From positions 3,136,001 to 3,200,000 of the forward strand of contig OY970067.1 of the NCBI GenBank assembly GCA_963705305.1: a stretch of DNA of 64,000 nucleotides, in the 5' to 3' direction. A program made the translations under genes and the position numbers. Position 1 is the first letter of the stretch; each line of letters starts with the position of its first letter. Origin of the DNA: an uncultured Methylomirabilota bacterium. Its GTDB lineage: Bacteria; Methylomirabilota; Methylomirabilia; Methylomirabilales; 2-02-FULL-66-22. The notes beneath the pieces are model-generated. The model ran no database searches and had not been told where the DNA came from. It saw only the letters and a list, made by a program, of their open reading frames with translations. This document shows positions 1 to 9,459 of this stretch, piece after piece.

Positions 1-726
1 CCCACCGTGCGGGATCGGGGCTACCGGTCGTTCGTGGCCGTGCCGCTGGTCGTCCAGGACCGGCCGGTGGGCTGCCTGAACCTGTATATGGCCGAGCCGC
101 GCCAGCTGGGCGAGGATGAGATGCAGTTGCTCTTGACCTTCGCCAGCCAGGCGGCCATCTCCATCGAGAATGCGCGGCTGTTCGAGGAGGCCCGGCAGCT
201 GGCGATCACCGATCCGCTGACCGGGCTGGTCAATCACCGCCAGTTCTACCATCAGCTTGGACTGGAAGTTCGGCGCGCCCAGCGGTATAATCGCGACCTG
301 ACAATGCTCATGCTCGACCTGGATCATTTCAAGCAGTTCAACGACCGCTACGGACACCTGGCGGGTGACCAGGCGCTGCGGGAAGTGGCAGAGGTCCTGC
401 GGCAGAACGCGCGATCCGTGGACATCCTGGCCCGCTACGGCGGTGAGGAGTTCGCCATCGTCCTGCCGGAGACCGACCTGCGGCGGGCCGCCTTCCAGGC
501 CGAGCGTATCCGCGCTGCCGTGGCGGCCCACGTTTTCCTGCGGGACCGAGGGGCCGAAGGCAAGACTCTGACGGTGAGTGTCGGTGTGGCCGGTTTGACC
601 CCCCGACACCAGAAGATCGAGGATCTGGTGCACGACGCCGACCAGGCGCTCTACCGCGCCAAGGCGGCCGGCCGCAATCGACTGGAGCTTTCCCCGGCTC
701 TCGAGGAGACGGCGGGCTCCTCGTAG
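1..726 (+). CDS. GAF-GGDEF diguanylate cyclase (5' end outside window)
   Basis: GAF C-terminus (AAISIENARLFE), then TDPLTGL, DLDHFKQFND and ARYGGEEF motifs. Confidence 0.92.
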   Translation, partial: PTVRDRGYRSFVAVPLVVQDRPVGCLNLYMAEPRQLGEDEMQLLLTFASQAAISIENARLFEEARQLAITDPLTGLVNHRQFYHQLGLEVRRAQRYNRDLTMLMLDLDHFKQFNDRYGHLAGDQALREVAEVLRQNARSVDILARYGGEEFAIVLPETDLRRAAFQAERIRAAVAAHVFLRDRGAEGKTLTVSVGVAGLTPRHQKIEDLVHDADQALYRAKAAGRNRLELSPALEETAGSS

Positions 727-859
727 ACCGGTCGGTCCGCGGCAGCCGCCTCCCTGTCGTTCTCGACGCCTTCTCCCGGACAGTCCAGGTGACCGACGCG
801 CAGGGGAATCTGTGCCGACGCGTGCGGACCCGGCGGCCCGCATCGAGTGACGGTGAACC

Positions 860-2233
860 ATGGGGCGTGACGGTAATCAGGCCGAGCGGCCGACCTCGGT
901 CAGTGTGGTGAATCTCGGCTGTCCGAAAAATCAGGTGGACGCCGAAGTCATGCTGGGCCGGCTGGCGGCGGCGGGTTATCGCATTGCGGACGAGCCGCAA
1001 CAGGCGGACCTCGTCGTCGTCAACACCTGCAGCTTCATCCGGGAGGCGAAGGAAGAGTCCATCCAGAGCATCCTGCAGGCTGCGGCCCTGAAGCGGACGG
1101 GCCGTTGCCGGGCCGTGGTGGTGAGCGGCTGCCTCCCCCAGCGGTATGCCGAGGAGCTGCCGGGGCTGCTTCCCGAGGTGGACGCCTTCGTCGGCACGGG
1201 GGAGTTCCCCCGCATCGTCGAGGTCGCCGCGGCCGCGCTGGGACGGACGGGCAACGCCGCGCAGTGGATCACCGGCCACACTGCGCTGATGCATGCGGCC
1301 ATGCCGCGGCGGCGACTGAGCGCCCCCCATATGGCCTACCTGAAGATCGCCGAGGGATGCGATCATGCCTGCCGGTTCTGCGCCATTCCCGCCATCCGAG
1401 GCCGGCTGCAGAGCCGGCCCCGCGCGGATATCCTCGCGGAGGCCCGGCAGCTGGCGACCGAGGGTGTGCGCGAGCTGGCAGTGGTCTCGCAGGATACGAC
1501 CAGCTACGGGATGGATCGGGGCGGGCGGCCCGCGCTCGCGGCGCTGCTCCGGGACCTTCTGACGATCCGGTCGCTCGCGTGGATCCGCTTGCTCTACCTG
1601 TATCCGACGCGCATCACCCCCGAGCTGGTGGCCCTCATGAGGACGGAGCCGCGCCTGTGCCGCTATCTCGACCTCCCGCTGCAGCATAGCGATGGGACGA
1701 TCCTCAAGGCCATGGGCCGCGGCGGGGATACCGCCGGCCTGCGGCGGCTGGTCCAGCGGCTGCGCGCCGCCATCCCGGGTCTGGTGGTTCGGACGTCGTT
1801 CATCACCGGCTTTCCCGGCGAGACGGCGGCGCAGTTCGCCGGCCTGCTCCGCTTCGTCCGGGAGATGCGGTTCGACCGGGTGGGGGCCTTCTGCTACTCG
1901 GAGGAGGAAGGGACGCCGGCGGCGCGGCTCGTCCCGAAGGTGCCCCGGCGGGTCGCCGAGGCGCGGCGGGCCCGCCTCATGGCCGCCCAGGCACGAATCG
2001 CCGAGACGCAGGGGCGCGCCTTGATCGGAAGCGTGCAGGAGGCCATGGTGGACGGTCCGGCGGTAGAATTCCCCGGCCTGCAATGCGGGCGGACGGCCGG
2101 ACAGGCGCCCGATGTGGACGGGCGGATCTTCCTGCAGGGGCCCCGCACGGCTCCGGGGACGCTGGTTCGAGTGCGGATCCGGGAGGCGTTCGAGCACGAC
2201 CTCGCCGGGGACATCCTGGAGTGTGTGGGGTAG
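860..2233 (+). CDS. rimO: Ribosomal protein S12 methylthiotransferase RimO
   Basis: N-terminal LGCPKNQVDAE and VNTCSFI, radical SAM CxxxCxxC (CDHACRFC), C-terminal TRAM domain with APDVDG. Confidence 0.95.
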   Translation: MGRDGNQAERPTSVSVVNLGCPKNQVDAEVMLGRLAAAGYRIADEPQQADLVVVNTCSFIREAKEESIQSILQAAALKRTGRCRAVVVSGCLPQRYAEELPGLLPEVDAFVGTGEFPRIVEVAAAALGRTGNAAQWITGHTALMHAAMPRRRLSAPHMAYLKIAEGCDHACRFCAIPAIRGRLQSRPRADILAEARQLATEGVRELAVVSQDTTSYGMDRGGRPALAALLRDLLTIRSLAWIRLLYLYPTRITPELVALMRTEPRLCRYLDLPLQHSDGTILKAMGRGGDTAGLRRLVQRLRAAIPGLVVRTSFITGFPGETAAQFAGLLRFVREMRFDRVGAFCYSEEEGTPAARLVPKVPRRVAEARRARLMAAQARIAETQGRALIGSVQEAMVDGPAVEFPGLQCGRTAGQAPDVDGRIFLQGPRTAPGTLVRVRIREAFEHDLAGDILECVG

Positions 2234-2235
2234 CC

Positions 2236-2736
2236 ATGGCCAAGCATTCCTCCTCCCGATCGACACCGCCGCGGCCTCCGATCGGATCGGCGCTCCGCCT
2301 GGTGGCGACGGGTGCCGGGCTCGGGAACCTTCCCGTGGCCCCCGGCACCGCCGGCAGCCTGGCGGGCGCTCTGCTCTGCTATCCCCTGCTGTGGTTGGGA
2401 TGGCCGCTCTACCTGGCGGCCGCCGTCGCGCTGACGGGCGTCGCCGTCTACGCCTCGGACCGGATGGCCGCCGCCCTGAACCAGCCGGATCCCCCGTCCG
2501 TGGTCATCGATGAGATCGCCGGGATGTGGCTGGCCGCCCTGGCGATCCCGCCGGATCTCTACAACCTCACCGCCGTCTTCCTGCTGTTCCGCCTCTTCGA
2601 CGTGGTCAAGCCGGCGCCGATTCCGGCGATCGAGCGACTGCCGGGCGGATGGGGGATCGTGCTGGACGACCTGGCCGCCGGGCTGCTGGCGTGCGCCGCC
2701 TGGTGGCTGCTGAGGACGAACTTCACTTTTTTGTGA
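2236..2736 (+). CDS. pgpA: Phosphatidylglycerophosphatase A
   Basis: APGTAGS, DPPSVVIDEIAG, FRLFDVVKP and GIVLDDLAAG motifs; ATG at 2236. Confidence 0.93.
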   Translation: MAKHSSSRSTPPRPPIGSALRLVATGAGLGNLPVAPGTAGSLAGALLCYPLLWLGWPLYLAAAVALTGVAVYASDRMAAALNQPDPPSVVIDEIAGMWLAALAIPPDLYNLTAVFLLFRLFDVVKPAPIPAIERLPGGWGIVLDDLAAGLLACAAWWLLRTNFTFL

Positions 2737-2843
2737 TTCCTGCATTCATGAGGGGAGGCAGGGAGGCCCGCCGACAGCCGGCCCGCCAGCGCATCCGGCG
2801 GGATGCTTCGGCCGGTCTCCCGTCGCCGTCCACGGGTGAGACA

Positions 2844-4100
2844 ATGGGGGCAGAGATCCTGACGGTGGGCACGGAGCTTCTCCTCGGCCAGATCGTGGAC
2901 ACCAACGCGAGCTGGATCTCCCAGCGGCTGGCCGAGGCGGGCATCGATGTCTTCTACCAGAGCACAGTGGGGGACAACTGGGGCCGGATTGAGGAAGCCA
3001 TCCGCCTGGCCATGGCCCGCGCCGATGTTCTGATCATCACGGGAGGCCTGGGGCCGACCGAGGACGATCTGACGCGGGACGTCCTGGCGGGCGTCCTGGG
3101 ACGCCCGCTCCGGCTGGACCCGGAGGTTCTGCAGCACATCCAGCGGCGCTTCGCCCACCGCCGGACTCCCATGGCGGAGAACAACCGCAAGCAGGCCATG
3201 GTGCCCGAAGGGTTTGAGGTGCTGCCCAACCCGCGGGGGACCGCTCCGGGACTCTTCGTCCGGCATCCGGGCGGCGTCATCACATGCATGCCGGGCGTGC
3301 CCGCCGAGATGAAGCCCATGCTGCTCGAACAGGTGATCCCGCGCATCCGGGAGGCCTTCGGCATCCGGGGGCGGATCGTCTCTCGCGTCCTGAAGACCTG
3401 CGGGGTCAGTGAGTCCACGGTGGATCATCGCATCGGCGACTACTTCCGCGACATGCGGAACCCGACCATCGGCGTCCTGGCCCACGCCGGCGAGATCCAT
3501 ATCCGGCTGACCTGCAAAGGGGACGACCCGGCCATCATCGCCGGTCAGCTGGACGACCTGGAGGCAAAGATCCGCGAGCGGCTGGGCCACCTGATCTTCG
3601 GCCGGGACGACGAGCGGCTGGAGGCGCTGGTGGGCGGCCTGCTCCGGGCGCGCCAGGCCTCCCTGGCGGTGGCCGAATCATGCACCGGCGGCCTGGTGGC
3701 CAACCGCCTCACCGACATCCCGGGGAGCTCGGACTACTTCGAGCGGGGGGTGGTGGCCTACAGTCCGGCGGCCAAAGAGAGCGTCCTGGGGGTTCCGCCG
3801 GCGCTGATCCGGGAGCACGGCACAGTCAGCCTGGAGACGGCCCGCGCCATGGCCGAGGGCGTTCAACGTTTGGCCGGGAGCACCTTCGGGCTGTCCACGA
3901 CCGGGATCGCCGGACCGACCGGCGGGACGGCCGAGAAACCGGTGGGCCTCGTCTGCCTGGCCCTGACCTGGGAGGGCGGCGCGGAATGCCGCGAGACCCG
4001 GCTCCTGGGCGATCGAGAGATCGTCAAGTACCGGGCCGCCCAGATGGCCCTGGAACTTCTGCGGCGGCATCTCCTTGGCGTCCCGGTCGAGGAGAGCTGA
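2844..4100 (+). CDS. cinA: Competence/damage-inducible protein CinA (MoCF domain + NMN deamidase PncC)
   Basis: EILTVGTELLLGQIVDTN, GGLGPTEDD, AESCTGG and TGIAGP; ATG at 2844. Confidence 0.95.
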   Translation: MGAEILTVGTELLLGQIVDTNASWISQRLAEAGIDVFYQSTVGDNWGRIEEAIRLAMARADVLIITGGLGPTEDDLTRDVLAGVLGRPLRLDPEVLQHIQRRFAHRRTPMAENNRKQAMVPEGFEVLPNPRGTAPGLFVRHPGGVITCMPGVPAEMKPMLLEQVIPRIREAFGIRGRIVSRVLKTCGVSESTVDHRIGDYFRDMRNPTIGVLAHAGEIHIRLTCKGDDPAIIAGQLDDLEAKIRERLGHLIFGRDDERLEALVGGLLRARQASLAVAESCTGGLVANRLTDIPGSSDYFERGVVAYSPAAKESVLGVPPALIREHGTVSLETARAMAEGVQRLAGSTFGLSTTGIAGPTGGTAEKPVGLVCLALTWEGGAECRETRLLGDREIVKYRAAQMALELLRRHLLGVPVEES

Positions 4101-4115
4101 GAAGGGGCGCGGGCC

Positions 4116-4745
4116 GTGGGCCGGACGGGGACGACCGCGAGCAGCCTGCGACTGTTCGTCGCGGTGACGCTGCCGGCGGAAATCCGGGACCAGCTCGCCG
4201 AGGTGCAGGGGCGGCTCCGCGCGGCCCAGGCGGACGTGGGCTGGGTGCGTCCGGAGAACATCCACCTCACCCTGAAATTCCTAGGGGAGATCGACCGCAA
4301 GCGGGTCGACCGAATCCGGGCTGCTCTGGCGGAGGCGGCCGCATCCGCAGCCCCGTTTGTCCTGACGCTGTCGGGGGTGGGGACATTCGGCGGATCGCTT
4401 CCGCGGGTGGTGTGGGTCGGTGTCACGGAAGGTGCTCCGCGCCTGGCGGACCTGGCCCGGCGCGTGGAGGTCGGCCTGGGCCGGGCGGGCGTCCCCAAGG
4501 AGCGGCGGGAATTCTCGGGCCATCTCACCCTGGGTCGGGTGCGGTCTCCGCGAAACGTGGAAAGGCTTCGGGCGGCGCTGGCAGCCGAGCCGGCGACGCC
4601 GATCGGAACGGTACGCGTCGGCGAGTTCGTGCTGATGCAAAGCCAGCTTCAACCCGGCGGCTCGATCTATACGGCCCTGCAGCGCTATGGGCTGCGCGAG
4701 CCTTCGGAGGGAGGGCTCCTGAATGGCGAGACCAACGGACACTGA
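4116..4745 (+). CDS. thpR: RNA 2',3'-cyclic phosphodiesterase (2'-5' RNA ligase family)
   Basis: RLFVAV and two HxT motifs (HLTLKFLG, HLTLGR); follows cinA. Confidence 0.92.
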   Translation: MGRTGTTASSLRLFVAVTLPAEIRDQLAEVQGRLRAAQADVGWVRPENIHLTLKFLGEIDRKRVDRIRAALAEAAASAAPFVLTLSGVGTFGGSLPRVVWVGVTEGAPRLADLARRVEVGLGRAGVPKERREFSGHLTLGRVRSPRNVERLRAALAAEPATPIGTVRVGEFVLMQSQLQPGGSIYTALQRYGLREPSEGGLLNGETNGH

Positions 4746-6063
4746 CCAGCTGCGGCAGGCCGCCCGGCAGATCTTCGCCGCGGCCGTGCGCGCGGTGGAT
4801 CCGGCGGAGGCGATCCGCCGCCATCTCGTGCGCGAGGGGCACCGGCTGCGCGCGGGAACAGAGGAGGTGGATCTGACCCAGGTGGGTCGGGTCGTGGTCG
4901 TGGGATTGGGCAAGGCGGGGGCCCCCATGGCGGCGGCCGTGGAGGAGATCCTGGGCGAGCGGATCAGCCGGGGGGTGGTCGTGACGAAATACGGTCACGT
5001 GCTGCCGACAAAGTTGATCCGCATCCACGAGGCCGGCCACCCCGTGCCCGACCAGAACGGCGTGGCCGGCGCGCGGGCGATCCTGGAGCATGTGCAGGGC
5101 CTGGCCCCGGAGGATCTCGTCCTGGTCCTCATCTCGGGTGGCGGGTCCGCCCTGACGCCGGCGCCGACGGCGGGCATCCGGCTGGAGGAGAAGCAGGCCC
5201 TGACCAAGACGCTCCTCGCCTGCGGCGCGGACATCCGGGAGATAAATACGCTCCGCAAGCATATCTCGGAGATCAAAGGGGGGCAGCTGGGCCGGGCGGC
5301 GGCCCCCGCCTGTGTGATTACCCTGATCCTCTCGGACATCGTGGGCGATCCGCTGGACGCCATCGCGTCGGGCCCCACCGTGCCCGACCCCACCAGCTAC
5401 GCGGATGCCCTGGCCATCCTGGACAAATACCGCATTCGTGCAGAGATCCCCGCTGCGATTCGATCCCACCTGGAGGCGGGCGCCCGTGGGGAGATCCCCG
5501 AGACACCCAAGCCCGATGATCCCCTGTTCCGACGGATCAGGAGCGTGATGGTGGGGAGCAACATCCAGGCCCTGACGGCGGCGTCCGCCGAGGCCGAGCG
5601 TCTGGGGCTGACGCCCCTGATCCTGTCCTCCTTCATCGAGGGAGAGACACGCGACGTGGCCCGGATGCATGCGGCCCTGGCCCGGGAGGTCCGGAGCAGC
5701 GGCCATCCGCTGCCGCCGCCCTGCTGTCTCATCTCCGGCGGCGAGACCACCGTGACCCTGCGCGGCCAGGGGAAAGGCGGACGCAATCAGGAGTTCTCCG
5801 TGGCCGCCGCCCTGGACATCGCCGGGTTGCGGGATGTGGTGATTCTCAGCGCGGGGACCGACGGGACGGACGGCCCCACGGATGCGGCGGGAGCCCTGGC
5901 CGACGGACAGACGTGCGCGCGGGCGGCCGCCCTGGGGCTGAATCCCCGCGCGGCCCTGGACGACAACGACGCCTACCCGTTTTTCGAGCGGGTGGGGGAT
6001 TTGATCCTGACCGGTCCGACCAACACCAACGTGATGGATGTGCGGCTGGTGCTGGTCGGATAG
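4723..6063 (+). CDS. Glycerate 2-kinase (MOFRL/TtuD family)
   Basis: GKA, EAGHPVPD, ISGGGSAL, GGETTV, GGRNQE, GTDGTDG and TNTNVMD motifs. Confidence 0.92.
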   Translation: MARPTDTDQLRQAARQIFAAAVRAVDPAEAIRRHLVREGHRLRAGTEEVDLTQVGRVVVVGLGKAGAPMAAAVEEILGERISRGVVVTKYGHVLPTKLIRIHEAGHPVPDQNGVAGARAILEHVQGLAPEDLVLVLISGGGSALTPAPTAGIRLEEKQALTKTLLACGADIREINTLRKHISEIKGGQLGRAAAPACVITLILSDIVGDPLDAIASGPTVPDPTSYADALAILDKYRIRAEIPAAIRSHLEAGARGEIPETPKPDDPLFRRIRSVMVGSNIQALTAASAEAERLGLTPLILSSFIEGETRDVARMHAALAREVRSSGHPLPPPCCLISGGETTVTLRGQGKGGRNQEFSVAAALDIAGLRDVVILSAGTDGTDGPTDAAGALADGQTCARAAALGLNPRAALDDNDAYPFFERVGDLILTGPTNTNVMDVRLVLVG

Positions 6064-6119
6064 GCGGCGGCGCGCGGGAGTATGTGGTCGGCGAGATGAG
6101 GCCAGAAAGGCAGGAGCAT

Positions 6120-6344
6120 ATGGCCCAGAGTCGAGAACTCCGGCTGCGGGTGACCGGCATGACCTGCGGGGGCTGCGAGCGGGGGGTGACACAGGCACTG
6201 CAGGGGCTTGCCGGCGTGACCGTGCTGTCGGTGGATCGGACCAAGGACGAGGCGCACGTCCGGGTGGAGGGGGCGGCCACCTCGACGGAGGCGATGATCG
6301 CCGCCGTTGAGGCGGCGGGACGCTTCCACGCCACGCTCGCCTAA
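6120..6344 (+). CDS. Heavy-metal-associated (HMA) metallochaperone, CopZ/MerP-like
   Basis: GMTCGGC motif; RBS AGGAG before ATG 6120. Confidence 0.88.
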   Translation: MAQSRELRLRVTGMTCGGCERGVTQALQGLAGVTVLSVDRTKDEAHVRVEGAATSTEAMIAAVEAAGRFHATLA

Positions 6345-6371
6345 AGCCGGGCCGGCATCTCCGGAGCTTGC

Positions 6372-7113
6372 TCAGATAGCGAGGAACGGGAGGATCTCGG
6401 GGGGGACGGAGATCGGCCACCGGATCGCCTCGCCGGAGGCGGGTCCGCACCTCTGTGGCGGAGATCGCCGCGATATGGTCCGGGAGCCGGACCTGCCGGA
6501 TGCGGCCGGCGTATGGCGTGACCTCCGGGCGAACCAAGAAGCGCTCGACCGCCTCGGGCCCCTCCGGCGCCCGATTGGCGACCACCAGCTCGCAGGCAGC
6601 GAACAGTTGAGACAGGGCCGTCTCCCGCTCGGTGTAGTACTTCGGATCGAAGAGCCGCACGAGGGTGTCGAGCCCCAGCAGGAACACCACACGGGTTCCC
6701 TCCGGGTACTGCCGCCGAATCACCCCCAGCTTGTCCACGAACCGGCCATGGCTGCAGGCGGCGACCGAGAAGGTCGGACGGGAGGCGACGAAGCGGCAGA
6801 GCAGGTCCAGGCGCCGCGCCAGGGACAGGCCGGTGGCGGCCTTGTCCACGTTGGCCTTGGCCAGCACCAGGAGCACTTCGTCCGGGGGATGGATGCGGCC
6901 GCCCTCCTGGATCAGCCAGAGGTGGGCGGCCGTCAACGGGTTGAAGGAGGCCGAGAGGCACAGGAGGGTTCCGCCGGTGTTCGACAGCCCCGCCGGGGCG
7001 CGGCGCAGGAATGCCAGGCGGGGCTCCGCCTGGGGGTCGAGCCCCGCTAGTACATCGAACACATTCTTCATCTCCCGCGATTGGCGTGACGTCACCGGCC
7101 TCTTCGAGCCCAT
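6372..7113 (-). CDS. Nicotinamide/nicotinate-nucleotide adenylyltransferase-like (cytidylyltransferase fold, Pof1-type); one extra base near 6409
   Basis: SASFNPLTAAH, ANVDK, FVDK, GLDTLVRLFDPKYY, ISATEVR; removing one base restores the C-terminus DLVPPEILPFLAI-stop at 6372. Confidence 0.75.
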
Positions 7114-7913
7114 GCAGACCTTTCCCGCGCCGGGACGGGCCCGGGCGGCGCCTCCGGAGGAGAGGTGGCGCACAGTGGACTCGTGTCCAGGAACCGGAGG
7201 CAGAATACCCGGGCCCGGCGGGATGGTCAAGCGCACCGGATTGCCGGTGTATCAGCAGGCGGGCGAAGCGTGCCAATATCTCCAATGGCGACGCGGGGTT
7301 GTGGCTTCGCAGGGGGGATTTTCGGGTCCTACGTGTCTGATTCGGGAGGCAGGTCCGGTATTAGTCCTGAAGGCGATACCGCGCCATTTCTCTACTGAAA
7401 TCAGAACTCATCGAGGGGACCAGACCCCTCGACACCGTAGAGTCGCTCGACCTCCCAATTCACAGCCAGTTCAAGGATACAGAGGCAGTCTGCGGCGGTG
7501 GTCACCCTATCCCATTCGGTTGGTGGTCCCCCATACTGACCGCCAGCTCCCCCCTCCCTCTTCGGTCTCCGTGCCTCACGTTTGCTCGGAGGGCCACTTT
7601 GCGGTAGATTGCGGCCCTCCCCAGGGGCCTCGATCAACGGAGCTCAGCGCCGGGATGGACGTGGTGTCTCGTAGGCACGCGGGAATCCAGCTTTCTCATC
7701 TTGGAAGTCCGGCAGGTCACCGCCGCTGCCGAGGTCTTCGGCGGTACCGAGAGAGCGCGCTGGCCGCGTGACCCCCGATGTCAAGGTCGCCTTTCGCTTA
7801 CTGACCTGAGCTGGTTAGCGATGATTTTGCTCACACAGATTGGGGGTGCAGTCTCCACCACAACCCCACTACCCGCGACATTGCCACCCGGGTGAGATAA
7901 GAGGCACCTCTCT

Positions 7914-8198
7914 TCACCAACCCTCCTGCCCCTCCTTCGCTGTCCTTCCGGTTGAAGGCTTCCGCCGAATCGCTCAGTACGTCCTCATCCGCAGGCTGAG
8001 GGTCTTCCGGGCTTTGGCGCTCATCGGCCTTTGGGTCCGCTTGGGGCGTGCCGCTTCCCGTCTGCTCACCCGCAGACGCCCCGGCCCTTCAGCGGCCAGC
8101 ACCCGTTGGATGGCCGCAATCTGCTGGAGGATCTTTGTCCCCTCCGCCTGGAACTCCGCCAGCGACTTCCGCAAGGTGGTTCCGAGGTCGATGGCCAT
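7914..8198 (-). pseudogene. Small basic coiled-coil/histone-like protein with internal TGA at 7974-7976
   Basis: RBS GGAGG before ATG 8198; MSAKARKTLSLRMRTY*AIRRK continues in frame to a stop at 7914. Confidence 0.5.
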
Positions 8199-8344
8199 GT
8201 GTCCTCCTGTGTGGGGACCTTCGGGTGTTGGGTCGGGCCGCCGACCTGCGGCCTTGCCGGCCGAAGGGATTAGCAACAACCGGGGGCGATCTCCGGTAGT
8301 GTCTCAGTTTGAATCCGGGCCCCCTGTTCGGGTCGGTCGGGACG

Positions 8345-8353
8345 TGCTATACT
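8345..8353 (+). promoter_or_regulatory. Extended -10 promoter (TGcTATACT) for a probably leaderless small ORF
   Basis: TATACT at 8348-8353, ATG at 8360, no Shine-Dalgarno. Confidence 0.55.
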
Positions 8354-8359
8354 CTCAGC

Positions 8360-8593
8360 ATGCCAAGAGGACCGCAAGGCCAAAGACGACCGGCCGACGT
8401 GATCGGAGCCGCCATCAAGGTGGCGAAGATCGCAACCGGGGAGATTGAGGACACCACGGGGCTGGAGGGGAAAGAATACGCCAGCCGAGGAGGAAAAATA
8501 GGGGGGCCAGCGCGGGCGAAGAAACTCTCCGCTAAAAGGCGTATCCTGATTGCACGGAAGGCCGCAAGATCAAGGTGGAGGAAATCTAGATAG
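8360..8593 (+). CDS. Small basic protein at the IS left end (often annotated histone-H1-like or RNA-binding)
   Basis: MPRGPQGQRRPADVIGAAIKVAKIATGE...GGKIGGPARAKKLS...IARKAARSRW. Confidence 0.75.
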   Translation: MPRGPQGQRRPADVIGAAIKVAKIATGEIEDTTGLEGKEYASRGGKIGGPARAKKLSAKRRILIARKAARSRWRKSR

Positions 8594-8900
8594 ACAGAGG
8601 AACTACCTCCTTCGATCCCACCGGTTCTGGAATCGGTCCATATTTTTCTTCGTAGGCTTTTATCAGCCTCTCAATCAAGTGGGAGAATACCTTTGCGTGT
8701 TGGGGTGAAATATAGATGCATATTTCTTCCTGAACCTTCACCTTCTCTGGAGTCGATTCAAGCACTTGACCAAATTGGATCGCGAAATCCCAAGGCGTAA
8801 TCGTAATTGAGGTGTTATTCGCGTAGACAACGGGCCTTGGATCCTTTCGTACGGTATTGATCTTTCTTACTTTCTGCGCCGCCTTCTTTGGAGTTGGCAT
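8586..8900 (-). CDS. DUF3467-like protein
   Basis: VVYANNTSITITPWDFAIQFGQ...IYISPQHAKVFSHLIERLIKAYEEKYGPIP; RBS AGGAG before ATG 8900. Confidence 0.75.
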   Translation of the reverse strand: MPTPKKAAQKVRKINTVRKDPRPVVYANNTSITITPWDFAIQFGQVLESTPEKVKVQEEICIYISPQHAKVFSHLIERLIKAYEEKYGPIPEPVGSKEVVPLSI

Positions 8901-8901
8901 C

Positions 8902-9459
8902 TCAAACTCCTGTAGATTGAGAGAAGGGTGTTGATTCATATGTGTAGGCCATGCTCTTGCCCATCGGACGAATTTGTGCATGGTACCTATGGGTAGGAGT
9001 TGAAAGTCGAGCCTTCGACTGACTTGTTAGAGTCGTATTCGCAGTGATACTGGGTGGTATCGCCGGAGCCGCTGCTACCACCGGAACTCGGATCTCCACG
9101 TTGAGGAACGTCGGATCTTGCTCAAAGGTCGGCTTAATAAGCGCGCGCTTACTAAAGCCCTCTATTTCCGCTAAGGCCTCCCCAAACGATACGAACTTCA
9201 CGGAAAGAACCACTTCCAGGGCTTTTGCGATGGATTTAAGGGTGCTTATGTTCCATTTTGAATAGTTTACGTTTTCGTATTTCGATACACCTGATTGCTT
9301 CGTTCCGATCAGTTTGGCGAGTTGAGCCTGAGTTAAATTTCTCGCGTCTCGCAATGCTTTAATTTGTGCGGCAAGAGCCGAGTCCAAGAACTCCTCTACG
9401 TAAGCATTCCGGTATTCCTCGTCTCGAAATTCTTTAATTAGATCACGCCGGCCGGGCAT
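8902..9459 (-). CDS. XRE/HTH antitoxin (HigA-like) with long C-terminal extension
   Basis: QIKALRDARNLTQAQLAKLIGTKQSGVSKYEN HTH; RBS GGAGG before ATG 9459; overlaps the toxin stop. Confidence 0.85.
   Translation of the reverse strand: MPGRRDLIKEFRDEEYRNAYVEEFLDSALAAQIKALRDARNLTQAQLAKLIGTKQSGVSKYENVNYSKWNISTLKSIAKALEVVLSVKFVSFGEALAEIEGFSKRALIKPTFEQDPTFLNVEIRVPVVAAAPAIPPSITANTTLTSQSKARLSTPTHRYHAQIRPMGKSMAYTYESTPFSQSTGV

Noticed and set aside
338..2266. Long antisense and alternate-frame ORFs (also 27492-29648, 34679-37192, 46082-48136 and others)
   Set aside because: Shadow ORFs typical of high-GC DNA; they overlap well-supported genes and show no motifs
4525..7236. 903-aa minus-strand ORF
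   Set aside because: Only the NMNAT portion is real; the rest is read-through caused by the frameshift near 6409, antisense to real genes
7974..7976. TGA recoding (genetic code 4/25 or selenocysteine)
   Set aside because: TGA ends many core genes in this window (pgpA, cinA, smpB); no SECIS evident
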